Notes under the pieces: generated by a model
The model's input: the letters and a program-made list of their open reading frames with translations, nothing else
Database searches by the model: none
Told to the model about the DNA's origin: nothing
Made by a program: the position numbers and the translations under genes
Part shown: in pieces, positions 52,073 through 61,730 of the stretch
Position numbering within the stretch: position 1 is the stretch's first letter
Layout: each line of letters starts with the position of its first letter
Origin: Gemmatimonadota bacterium
GTDB lineage: Bacteria > JBHIER01 > G020348925
Direction: 5' to 3'
Length of the DNA stretch: 64,000 nucleotides
Assembly: GCA_020348925.1 (NCBI GenBank)
Contig: CP070758.1
Span: forward strand, 1,382,469-1,446,468

Positions 52073-52447
52073 TTATGACCCTATGGCGCTAACCGGTGTG
52101 TTCTTCAGGATGGGATATTCTTGAAAAGACTGATTTCTCTTTAGTATATAATAGATGGTTTCAAGCATCGTTCTATCCACAGTGATTCTGGTCGCATTCT
52201 TGCCATGCTTGTAGCAGACCCGATTGTATAATTGTTCATAACGAAGAGAGCCTTTCACGGCATGATGAGAGTATTCGATCAGGATCCATCTGAGCCATTT
52301 TGAGCCTTGTTTCGTAATGTATCCCCGACGGACTTTCCCTCCGAAGGCATGAAGAGATGGTACCACTCCTCCGAAGGAGCACAGTTGGCCGTGAGAGGGA
52401 AAGCGGTGAACGGTTCCGATCTCCGAGACGATGAGCAGCTCTGAATA
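52073..52447 (-). pseudogene. IS110-family transposase C-terminal fragment
   Basis: 'LIVSEIGTVHRFPSHGQLCSFGGVVP...GGKVRRGYITKQGSKWLRWILIE' (Transposase_20-like). No N-terminal DEDD domain. Confidence 0.85.
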
Positions 52448-52525
52448 CTCTTTTTCGTGAAACAAACAGGTTCTGTCGCCTGTCCAATTGGCACTGTGAT
52501 CCGAACAACCCACAAAGGAGATACC

Positions 52526-53950
52526 ATGAAAACGAAATCTCTGCTATTTCCGGTTCTGGCTGCTTTGATTTGCTCTGGATTCTTTTCAATCGCAAGGGGA
52601 AGAATCGATGAATCAGCAGGCACATATTTCGGTCAAACGCCACCGGGAATGACGCCGGTGGTCTTCGCCCCCGGCATTGTTTCAACTGCCGGTGAGCATG
52701 AAGCATATATGGTCGTCTGTCCTGGAGAGAACACGGTATACTACTGTGTGTTAACCCCAAGCGGCAATCAACTGACCAGTACGATTGTTTTCAGAAACTT
52801 CGTCGATGGCTCCTGGACGGATATGGAAGTTGCTCCCTTTTCAGGCACCTATTGCGATGGATATATCGCCCTTCATCCCGATGGTTCCCGGTTGTATTTT
52901 CAGTCTGATCGACCTATCGATCCGTCTGAATCGCACTACACCTATAACATCTGGTTCGTGGAACGGGAAGGAGATTCATGGGGAGAGCCCCAATCGATGG
53001 GAAGCCCGATTAATGGTCGCGGTGATGTCTCGGGACCGTCCGTCACAATGGACGGAACGATGTATTTTACGCTCATGACGAATGGGTTTCGGATCCAGAC
53101 ACTGTATCGGTCAGAGTATATCAATGGAGTGTATCAGGAGCCTGAAAGGCTACCGGATATTGTCAACAGCGCCAACCAACAGTTCGATTCTTATATATCA
53201 CCTGATGAGAGTTTCCTGATCTTCGGCAGCTACCTGCGGCCAGACACTTACGGCGGTACGGATCTGTATGTCGCATTTCGAGATGAAAATGGCAACTGGA
53301 GCAATTCCATAAATTTTGGCCCGCCTATCAGTACGACTATGGATGAAGGGACGGCAACGATCACAACGGACGGAAAATACATATTTCCCAATGCTATGAA
53401 TCCCGACAACGGAAAACTTGATGTCTACTGGGTTGATGCTTCCGTTGTCAATGGATTCCTGCAGGTCGAGATGGTGGAAAAGGAATTGAGTCAGGGGACC
53501 CGGGGCTGCCCGTACACCGACACCCTTAAGACGGTGCCCGGCACCGGGGCCAGTCCCTTCTCATGGAGTGTGACCAGCGGTTCCCTGCCCGGAGGCCTGA
53601 CGCTTGGCGAAACATCAGGAATCATCTCCGGGGAGCCTTCCGAGACCGGCACCTTTGATTTCACTGCCGGGGTCACTGATGCGCGACAGACTTCAGACGC
53701 ATGTCTCTTCACGTTGACTGTCGATCCCTATGCAGAGTACAAGGGCGATGTGAATGCCGACTGTACCATCGATGTGCTGGATGTACTGGCCGTCGTCAAC
53801 ATCATCCTTGATCTGCGAACTCCCGATGGGGACGAGATGTGGAGGGCGGACTGTAACGGCACCGGCACATGTGACGGGGACGGGACGATCAATATCCTTG
53901 ACGGACTGAAGATCATCAATGTCGTTCTGGGAACGGCTGACTGCTTCTGA
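52526..53950 (+). CDS. Secreted PD40 (TolB-like) beta-propeller + He_PIG-type Ig + dockerin
   Basis: AAAGGAG RBS and signal peptide. 'YFGQTPPG..P.VFAPGIVS', PD40 motifs 'PDGSRLYFQSDR' and 'ISPDESFLIF', Ig 'GSLPGGLTL...ISGEP', dockerin 'GDVNADCTIDVLDV...ADCNG...GDGTINILD'. Confidence 0.85.
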   Translation: MKTKSLLFPVLAALICSGFFSIARGRIDESAGTYFGQTPPGMTPVVFAPGIVSTAGEHEAYMVVCPGENTVYYCVLTPSGNQLTSTIVFRNFVDGSWTDMEVAPFSGTYCDGYIALHPDGSRLYFQSDRPIDPSESHYTYNIWFVEREGDSWGEPQSMGSPINGRGDVSGPSVTMDGTMYFTLMTNGFRIQTLYRSEYINGVYQEPERLPDIVNSANQQFDSYISPDESFLIFGSYLRPDTYGGTDLYVAFRDENGNWSNSINFGPPISTTMDEGTATITTDGKYIFPNAMNPDNGKLDVYWVDASVVNGFLQVEMVEKELSQGTRGCPYTDTLKTVPGTGASPFSWSVTSGSLPGGLTLGETSGIISGEPSETGTFDFTAGVTDARQTSDACLFTLTVDPYAEYKGDVNADCTIDVLDVLAVVNIILDLRTPDGDEMWRADCNGTGTCDGDGTINILDGLKIINVVLGTADCF

Positions 53951-54419
53951 GTGAACGTTGAGAACGAGTCGTCCGTGTGCGCCATCACGTCTCGCTGGGG
54001 TCACCCCTTCAATTTTAAATATTTGGTATCACTGGGAACCAGGTCTCAGAGTTAAGGGACACTCTTTTTAAGAAATTGGAAGACAAAGGTGTCAGGGACC
54101 TTTTTTACATAAATAAAGGAGCGGATTCTTCGTGGCATGGAGGATATGCCATACGTTTATGAATAGTCAATGTTGCTTCTGTTCTGCAAAAACAATGAGA
54201 AAGGGACAGGATTCAAAGAGGTCGGTTTAAAAGTTAAAGGCATTCGAAAGCATACCCCCGAGGCTCTCAAATAGGCTGCAAAATTATTCCCCCTAAAAGT
54301 GCAACTTTGTGCGCTTTTTCTGAACATCAGGCAGACCACATCCCCCTATCCCCCCGAACAAATCTCACAATTTCATCATGTAAGATTCAGTCTTCTCCTT
54401 TCAAAAATGGTGAGTGTTT

Positions 54420-54435
54420 CGGCACGTGTTTTGCG
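54420..54435 (+). promoter_or_regulatory. Putative sigma54 promoter
   Basis: CGGCACG-TGTT-TTGC (GG-N10-GC), upstream of the gene at 54660. Confidence 0.5.
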
Positions 54436-54659
54436 AATTTTAAACACGCAAGCTCGTGAAGTTCTATAGTTATGATCTTGAAAAATCAAGAAGTTGACCC
54501 CCTCGGATTCGAAACAAACGCAACCGGAGTCGTGTCATAAATTCAAGAGGTTGAAAAGGCCGGCAAAGTTGGCACTGGACAGTATCTATGACCGTGCTCT
54601 TCAAATATTTTAGACATCTCGGACGCCAAAATGTCTCAGAAAAAGAAAGGAGGAAAGAA

Positions 54660-56128
54660 ATGTTAAGAAAGACTCTACTTTTCCTTTGTTGTCTACCATT
54701 GCTCTTACCGGTTTATGTAGGGGGCCAGGGTACAATCGATTTTCCGGAAAGCGCCACCTTCGATCCGTCGGGCAACCGATACTTTGTATCAAACCAGGGT
54801 AACGGTAACATTGTTCAAATCGACAGCGCTGGAAATTATTCGGACTTCATTACAGAGCTTGCTACTTCCAAAGGCTTGAAACTCCTCGGCGATACACTTT
54901 TTGTCGGAGCCAGCACCGCCGCCTTGGTCGCCTTCGACATAAACACCGGTGCTCGCCTTCTCACAGTTCGATTCACCGGTCAGGTGGATCTCAACGACGT
55001 CGAGGCGGACAACTCAGGAAACATATATGTCTCAGATCCCCAGGGCAACCAGGTACACAAACTCCAATTGAGTGACCTTTCGACAGAAACCATCGTCACC
55101 GGGATTACGATGGCCAACGGTCTGTTGTTTGATGAGGAAAACAATCGACTCCTGGTCTGTCAGTGGATAGAGGACTCACCCATCAGTGCCATTGATCTCG
55201 ACGACTATTCGCTCACACCCATAGTCAATGACGGATTAGATTTTCTGGACGGTCTGACGGAGGATAACGATGGCAACATTTACGTATCCTCCTTCGGCAG
55301 CGATAGAGTTTACAGATACGATCCGAATCTCAGCAGCCCGCCGGAGGTCGCTTCAGCCAATCACCTCGATCCCGGTGATATATACTACAACAAGAGAGAT
55401 GACATACTTGCCGTGCCGAATGTAAACGGCAGCAGAGTAGATTTCGTGACCCTTTATGAAATGCTGCACGATCCGGACAGAGACTCGATCTTAAGCGAAA
55501 ATGACAACTGTCCGTTTAACTTCAACCCGAACCAGGCCGACACGGACGGGGACGGTGAGGGTGACGCCTGTGACACCTGCACCGATCCCGATTCCGACGG
55601 GTACGGAAATATCGGCTTTCCAGCGAGCACGTGCCCTCTTGACAATTGCCCCGATGCATACAACCCTCAGCAGGAGGATACGGATTCCGATTTTTTGGGC
55701 GACGCCTGCGACAACTGCCCGAATGACTTTAATATCAACCAAACCGATAGTGATGGCGACGGCGTCGGTGATGTCTGCGACCTCTGCCCCGGCTCAGACG
55801 ACAATGCGGACCTCGACGAGGACGGTGCCGCGGACTGCAATGAGGACAATTGTCCCAACGATCATAATCCCGACCAAATTGACACCGATGCTGACGGCTG
55901 GGGAGATGTCTGCGATAACTGTCCGGAGGACCCCAATCCGGAGCAAAGAGATGTTGATATCGACGACACTGGAGACGTGTGCGACTCGTGCACGGATACA
56001 GACGATGACGGTTACGGAAATCCGGGCTACACTGCGAACACCTGCGATGAGGACAACTGTCCCGGAGTTTATAATCCGGATCAGCTCCCCTTTGATCAGG
56101 GTGATCTGGACTGCAACAGCGGGATCGA
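54660..56128 (+). CDS. Secreted SMP-30/gluconolactonase-like propeller + TSP3 repeats + start of dockerin (3' end lost in gap)
   Basis: AGGAGG RBS and signal peptide. FPESA, LNDV, ANGL and LDGL propeller motifs, many 'DNCP...N..Q.D.D.DG.GD.CD' repeats, and 'GDLDCNSGI' at the gap edge. Confidence 0.82.
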
Positions 56129-56228
56129 NNNNNNNNNNNNNNNNNNNNNNNNNNNNNNNNNNNNNNNNNNNNNNNNNNNNNNNNNNNNNNNNNNNNNNNN
56201 NNNNNNNNNNNNNNNNNNNNNNNNNNNN
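56129..56228. other. Assembly gap
   Basis: Run of N; it joins genes on opposite strands. Confidence 1.
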
Positions 56229-56428
56229 CCGACAATCACATCATCGTACCCATCATTGTTCACATCACCAGCTCCGGAAACAGACCCGCCAAAATAACTT
56301 TTTCCGGTCGCATTTGATTCGGTGAAGGTTTGAAGCAGGATGACACTGGCCGTCGCCCCTGGCACACTGAGACACCATGTCAATAACACGGCGACCACAA
56401 ACAGAACAGCAGGTCTCACATTCCCCAT
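56229..56428 (-). CDS. FG-GAP repeat protein, N-terminus only (paralog of 58598..59956)
   Basis: AGGAGG RBS, signal peptide, 'LLQTFTESN.TG..FG.SVSGAGDVNNDGYDDVIV'. Confidence 0.8.
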
Positions 56429-56447
56429 TGTGATCCTCCTTTATAAT

Positions 56448-56499
56448 ATGATGTCTGTATGGGGGCTAAATAGATGATGTCTGTATGGGGGCTAAATAG
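56448..56499. repeat. Exact 26-bp tandem duplication
   Basis: ATGATGTCTGTATGGGGGCTAAATAG x2, in the 5' leader of the gene starting at 56428. Confidence 0.95.
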
Positions 56500-56774
56500 A
56501 ACATCTGCAGGTTTATTGTCTCGATTCTTTCGAGATTACAAAATCGAGCTATGAGAAACCGACTTAAAGTTATTCTATCTTTGGGTTATTGTCAAGCATA
56601 TTTTAAAGTATCAACATTACGTAGACGAGAGTCTGGATCTTGGGTTGGATGTATATCATGCCAAAAAGTAAAATAGGACGCTCCCCTTTCCTTTACGCTA
56701 TAAACTGAGGAGAATCAGGAGTGACCTGTCTTTTCGATGTCTTGAAACAAAACAATAAACGCTACCTGCGAAAA

Positions 56775-57651
56775 CTACAGTCTCGACTCACTGATCTTCC
56801 GATGGAGTATGACCTCAATATAGCGTTCCCACCCCTCACTCCGCTCGGCATCTTCATGCCCAGGAACCCTTTCCTGTGATTCAGACTCATTCCTCTCATT
56901 CTCTCCTCGACCGAATACCCCACTCAAGCACTGGACCGACTCCCTGGGCAATCAACACTCTGCTCTGCATGATGAGTGCGTCCGGCACAATCAAGTCCGT
57001 TCCCCCAAAGGGGACCGTCTTGTCTGCGGAGAGAGACATATCACAGAGCAGCGCGAACACAGCGATGGAATCGAGTCGTACTGAACCTTTCTGCTCCACT
57101 ACCAGACGAATCCGCGTTTTCTGCTCCTGCCGAAAGGAATCACCGGTGGCATCCCAGACCTTCGGAATCTGCTCATGCACAAAGGTCGTATTCAGACTGC
57201 TCACATTCTTCGGGATCAAAACCAGGGGCGGCTCATAAACCGTCAATCGATCTGTCGAGTCCCGGGTCTCATATCCTACAAGCATGATCCCTTCCTTCCC
57301 GAAACGATAAAACTCCCTTTTCACAGTTCCGCTATCGTGAAGGACCTCCTGATCCACCCGGCCACGCTGTTCTTGATATGGGTGGACTGTGAAAGGACCG
57401 TGCTTCGTCACCGTTATCTTCGGACTTACGGTATCCGGCGGCTGAGGAAGGATCCAACACCCCCCTTGTGTCTGAAGAACAGAGGTGCTGTCTGCAACCG
57501 GAACCTCCCAGGAAATGTTTTGAAACGTCGTTCCACTCTCCGGCCAGAAAATTGGAGGGTTGCTCTGATTGCAGGTGGTGACTATGAAGAGCAAGACAGC
57601 AATTCGATGGAGAATCTTTCTGGGCAATGTTGATTTTATCCGATCAGTCAA
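56775..57651 (-). pseudogene. Putative lipoprotein (paralog of 60441..61310) with a frameshift near the C-terminus
   Basis: High identity to the paralog. It stops at 56896 (GIRSRRE*), but a shifted frame continues 'HEDAERSEGWERYIEVILHRK', matching the paralog's 'EDADRFQEREYYIEVALHR'. This could be a sequencing error. Confidence 0.65.
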
Positions 57652-58279
57652 TTTCCTGACTCCTGTTTGTTTGAGGATGCTTACTGCACTTACTCTGCAA
57701 ATCATGTAGATATGATAGTCTTCAAATATGAATACCAAATGTGAAATTGTCAACCCAGAAACCCAAAAGATGCATCGGCCACAAAGGCTCACTCCGTAGG
57801 ATTGACATTTCATCAGACGGGACGAGGAGTACACAGTTTTCTAAGACAAAATTATAAATCCGTAATTATGCACCTCCAGTACCAAATTAGGGGAGAAACG
57901 GAATTTCCCAGAACAGTTTATTCGCAAACAGACTTAGGGAATGAGGAATACCCCAAACTATAGTTCGGGTGTCCCGCACGACTGTTATAATGTTATAATA
58001 GGAGTGTAAGAAGAATGCTTTTGCCAAAGGAGGATCGCTTCGGATTCAATACCTTGGCAGCCTTAATCTCATTCATTAGTCACAGGCAACAGTGATTTCT
58101 GTCATTTTTGGGCAGTAACATGATTATTTGGAGGAATTTGAAAGTAAAAATTATCTTTGATATTCTTGACTTTTCAAAATTTATCCGATCCGTCCCTCCT
58201 AAAAATGCAGGTTATTAAAGATAACCAACACTGCCGGATTTTGAACAATGCTGTTAGGTTTCCCCAAAAATTACAGAAA

Positions 58280-58547
58280 TCACGGTTTGCGTTCTATGAT
58301 ACCAAGGATGACGTTGAAAATACCCAAGGCATCAAGGATGTTCAGGCCACATCACCGTTACAATAGGTTGCCCAGAATTCATCCCCCACTGCTTTCGATG
58401 ACGTTTGGATTACTCTCATTCAGCGGTGAAATCATCTTGTCGATAAATCCCGGACGAACACCGTACAGGCCAGCCAGGACGACCGTGGTTACCAACAATA
58501 GCGATACAGCTGTACAATTCAATAGAAGCTGTGGAAAAGCACAACAT
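58280..58547 (-). pseudogene. Relic of a secreted dockerin-tailed gene (signal peptide remnant + dockerin end)
   Basis: AAGGAGG-ATG, a frameshifted hydrophobic 'LLLNCTAVSLLLVTTVVLAG', then 'CNGD/GLNILDALGIFNVILGI', matching the dockerin ends at 51.8 and 53.9 kb. Confidence 0.6.
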
Positions 58548-58597
58548 TTTTGGGCCTCCTTTCATTACATCACGATTGGATCTCGTGCGAACTCACC

Positions 58598-59956
58598 TCA
58601 GTTATAGACCCAAATGCGGACTCGGGCCCTCACGGCATTGACGTCATCATCCCATCTGTAGACCCTTATAGACTGATTCGTTAGCCTATTCCAAGCAGCG
58701 CCAGAGATGGTGTTATCGAAATTTCTCATGCCGCCTATGCCACTAATGTGGTATCCACTTGAATAAGGCCCTGTGTCTGTATCGAAGAAACAAACATCAA
58801 CCACATAATTATCAATACTTCCGCCTATATTATGAGTGAATGTAACTGATTCTCCCCTGGGAATATGCACCCAACCGCTATCATAGGCCGGGCGTGGAAA
58901 AGGCGCGCCATCACTTCCTGAACTTGATGTGATATTGCCCCGGTACGCCCCTGTAACATGCAGATCACCACGAACGTCCAGCTTTGCAGCCGGACCCGTC
59001 GTCCCGATACCGACGTCGCCTGCATCTGTTATCAACATCCTTGGCGTCCACNNNNNNNNNNNNNNNNNNNNNNNNNNNNNNNNNNNNNNNNNNNNNNNNN
59101 NNNNNNNNNNNNNNNNNNNNNNNNNNNNNNNNNNNNNNNNNNNNNNNNNNNAGGTGACATCGGCCGTATTGTCCATGCTCGCCGCACCAAGATAGACGTA
59201 GGTACGGCCGGTAGCAGAGTTGTGGCCTCCTGCCCCGACAATCACGTCATCGTACCCATCATTGTTCACATCACCTGCCCCGGAAACAGAAATGCCAAAG
59301 TGATTCACTGTCCCTTCGCCATCCAAGGTGACATCGGCCGTATTGTCCATGCTCGCCGCACCAAGATAGACGTAGGCACGGCCGGTAGTGGAGTTGTAGC
59401 CAAAAGCCCCGACAATCACGTCATCGTACCCATCATTGTTCACATCTCCGGCCCCGGAAACAGAAAAGCCAAAATAATTATCTGTCCCTTCGCCAGTACA
59501 GGTGACATCGGCAATATTGTCCATGCTTGCCGCACCAAAATAGACGTATGCACGGCCGGTCCAGGAGTTGTAGCGATCAGCCCCGACAATCACGTCATCG
59601 TACCCATCATTGTTCACATCTCCGGCCCCGGAAACAGAAAAGCCAAAACTATTACCTGTCCCTTCTCCATCCAAGGTGACATCGGCAATATTATCCATGG
59701 TCGCCGCACCAAAATAGACGTAGGCTCGGCCGGTACCACCGTTGTAGCCTGGAGATCCCACGATCACATCGTCGTAACTGTCACCGTTGACATCACTTGC
59801 CCCGGAAACAGAATAACCAAAGTTAGTCATACCGGTCACATTTGATTCGGTGAAGGTTTGAAGCAGGGTGACACCGGCCCTCGTTCCGGTCACACCCAGA
59901 CACACCAGAAGACACACTGTTGCCGCAATCACGACAGCCGTTCTCATGTTATCCAT
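58598..59956 (-). CDS. Secreted FG-GAP repeat protein with a 'GDVGIGT' fibre-like segment and C-terminal beta domain (interrupted by gap 59052-59151)
   Basis: Signal peptide and at least four near-identical 56-aa (168-bp) FG-GAP repeats. After the gap: 'AGDVGIGTTGPAAKLDVRG...RPAYDSGW'. Joining the two halves across the gap is assumed. Confidence 0.75.
   Translation of the reverse strand: MDNMRTAVVIAATVCLLVCLGVTGTRAGVTLLQTFTESNVTGMTNFGYSVSGASDVNGDSYDDVIVGSPGYNGGTGRAYVYFGAATMDNIADVTLDGEGTGNSFGFSVSGAGDVNNDGYDDVIVGADRYNSWTGRAYVYFGAASMDNIADVTCTGEGTDNYFGFSVSGAGDVNNDGYDDVIVGAFGYNSTTGRAYVYLGAASMDNTADVTLDGEGTVNHFGISVSGAGDVNNDGYDDVIVGAGGHNSATGRTYVYLGAASMDNTADVTXXXXXXXXXXXXXXXXXXXXXXXXXXXXXXXXXXWTPRMLITDAGDVGIGTTGPAAKLDVRGDLHVTGAYRGNITSSSGSDGAPFPRPAYDSGWVHIPRGESVTFTHNIGGSIDNYVVDVCFFDTDTGPYSSGYHISGIGGMRNFDNTISGAAWNRLTNQSIRVYRWDDDVNAVRARVRIWVYN
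59052..59151. other. Assembly gap within the FG-GAP repeats
   Basis: Run of N. Confidence 1.
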
Positions 59957-60440
59957 ACTCTCCTCCTGTGTGGTTGAAAGGTTCTATGGGGTGAATGGAT
60001 TTCCGCAATTTATACCTCTGAATATTGGGATTTAGATTGAACAGACATATGGTGTTGTAATATCTAATGCTTTTTTCTGAATGTCAAGCATTTTTTTACA
60101 AATTTTTTCATTTCTTGCAAATCTTCGATTTTACGAATACAATAGCCGAGTTGCAGGTTGCATATCATTGGAGGTACCGCTTTCGTGGTTTACTACCGCG
60201 AATGAGCTTAAAGAAATCTGTGGACGGGTAACTCCGAAACGCAGACGGGGATTCCCTGCCGCAAAAAATCAAAGAGCCCTCTGGATTGCATTTGTTCGTA
60301 GTGAAAAGTGAGATTTTGCTCGATTGAAAGTCGCACTCCCACCTGCTTTGGCGGTCAGAATATTATCTGAATATTATGGGAGTAAAAGTACAACTGTTTT
60401 CCCACGAAAGAAGCAAGCCCATTTCTGATAACTATGGCTT

Positions 60441-61310
60441 TCACTCAACTATTGCTCGATGAAGAGCGACCTCGATATAATATTCCCGCTCCTGAAACCG
60501 ATCGGCGTCCTCACGCTGTGAAATGTCCTCTGGTAATGAGGATTCCCTATTTTCTTCCTCTTTCTCCCTCGATCTGATGCCCCATTCCAGAACCGGACCG
60601 ATTCCCTCCGCAATCAACACCTTGCTCTCCATAACGAACGCCTCCGGCACGATCAAATCCGTCCCCCCAAAGGGGACCGTCTTGTCCGCCGACAAGGACA
60701 TTTTGCACAGCAGGGCCGGCACGGAGACAGAATCCAACAGGACAGTGCCCTTTTTGCCCGGCGTCAGACGGATCCGCATCTTCTGCTCCCGGCGAAAGGA
60801 ATCAGCATCAGCAGCCCAGATCTTCGGAATCTGTTCACTCACAAGAGGTGCATCCAGATTGTCCATATTTCTCGGGAACAACATCATTGGCGGTTCGTAG
60901 ACCGTTAGCTGATTCGTAGGGTCACGAGCCTCATACCCCAGTACCATGATTCCTTCTTTCCCGAAACGATAGTACTCCTTTATAACAACCCCGCTCTCGT
61001 GTACGACCTCCTGATCCACGCGGCCGAGCAGCTCCCCGTATGGATGGACCGTGGGCTCACGATGCCTTGTCACCGTTATGCGTGGCTCCGCGGAATCCGG
61101 GGGCTGTGGGAGTATCCAATGTCCCGCCTGAGTCCGAAGGACAGAGGCGCTGTCCGCTACCGGAATCTCCCAGGTAATATTTCGAATGGACGTTCCGCTC
61201 TCCGGCCAGAAAAGTGGAGGGTTGATCTGTTGACAGGCTCCGACCATCAAAATTGAGATGATCCAGAGATACGTCCAATACGGTAGTAATTTCGTCCGAT
61301 CCATCATCAT
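60441..61310 (-). CDS. Putative lipoprotein of unknown function
   Basis: AAGGAG RBS, ATG at 61310, lipobox-like 'ILMVGAC'. Paralog at 56775-57651. Confidence 0.75.
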   Translation of the reverse strand: MMMDRTKLLPYWTYLWIISILMVGACQQINPPLFWPESGTSIRNITWEIPVADSASVLRTQAGHWILPQPPDSAEPRITVTRHREPTVHPYGELLGRVDQEVVHESGVVIKEYYRFGKEGIMVLGYEARDPTNQLTVYEPPMMLFPRNMDNLDAPLVSEQIPKIWAADADSFRREQKMRIRLTPGKKGTVLLDSVSVPALLCKMSLSADKTVPFGGTDLIVPEAFVMESKVLIAEGIGPVLEWGIRSREKEEENRESSLPEDISQREDADRFQEREYYIEVALHRAIVE

Positions 61311-61674
61311 CTCTACTCCTTCTTTCAGGTTGATTCGAACGATATCGAACAGAAGACCTCTAAATATGAACACAAAACATGAGTCTGTCAACAAGTAAAC
61401 TACTACCGATATGGATGTCCTCACCAGCACCTCAACTGTAGGCTTTATTCTTACCAGCTCCTGCCGAATACTCAATCTGAACTTTTTGCAGCATCAGATC
61501 CGTCTCGCTGTGGAACCACCCTCTCATACGATAGACCTGATCGACAAGACAGAACGCTTTATCATTGACACTATCCGCCACAACCGCAAGCTCCATAACG
61601 TGAGCGGTGCCGCTTGAGCGGTGTATCGATTTATCGATTGCCGAAGAATCCCTTGAAACTGTTCAACAAAGAAA

Positions 61675-61702
61675 GGCCACTCTGAATAGAATCAGAGTGG
61701 CC
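61675..61702 (-). terminator. Intrinsic terminator
   Basis: GGCCACTCTGA-loop-TCAGAGTGGCC followed by TTTCTTT on the minus strand. Confidence 0.7.
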
Positions 61703-61730
61703 GGGGTTATCTCTCTGCTGCAGATTACGT

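Noticed and set aside
54588-56325. ORF-track proteins running through the N gap (569 aa, 274 aa, etc.)
   Set aside because: Artefacts of translating N. The sequence after the gap belongs to an opposite-strand FG-GAP gene.
56448-56499. Possible CRISPR repeat
   Set aside because: Two abutting copies with no spacer and no cas genes; a simple tandem duplication.
56896-56898. TGA as selenocysteine or read-through
   Set aside because: More in-frame stops follow, and homology to the paralog continues in a different frame, so a frameshift explains it.
59152-59830. Near-identical repeats as a CRISPR array or DGR template/variable pair
   Set aside because: These are in-frame 168-bp FG-GAP coding repeats, and there is no reverse transcriptase in the window.
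61593-61660. Isolated CCATAAC as an attC R'' box
   Set aside because: No matching L'/R' arm or GTTRRRY at a suitable distance.
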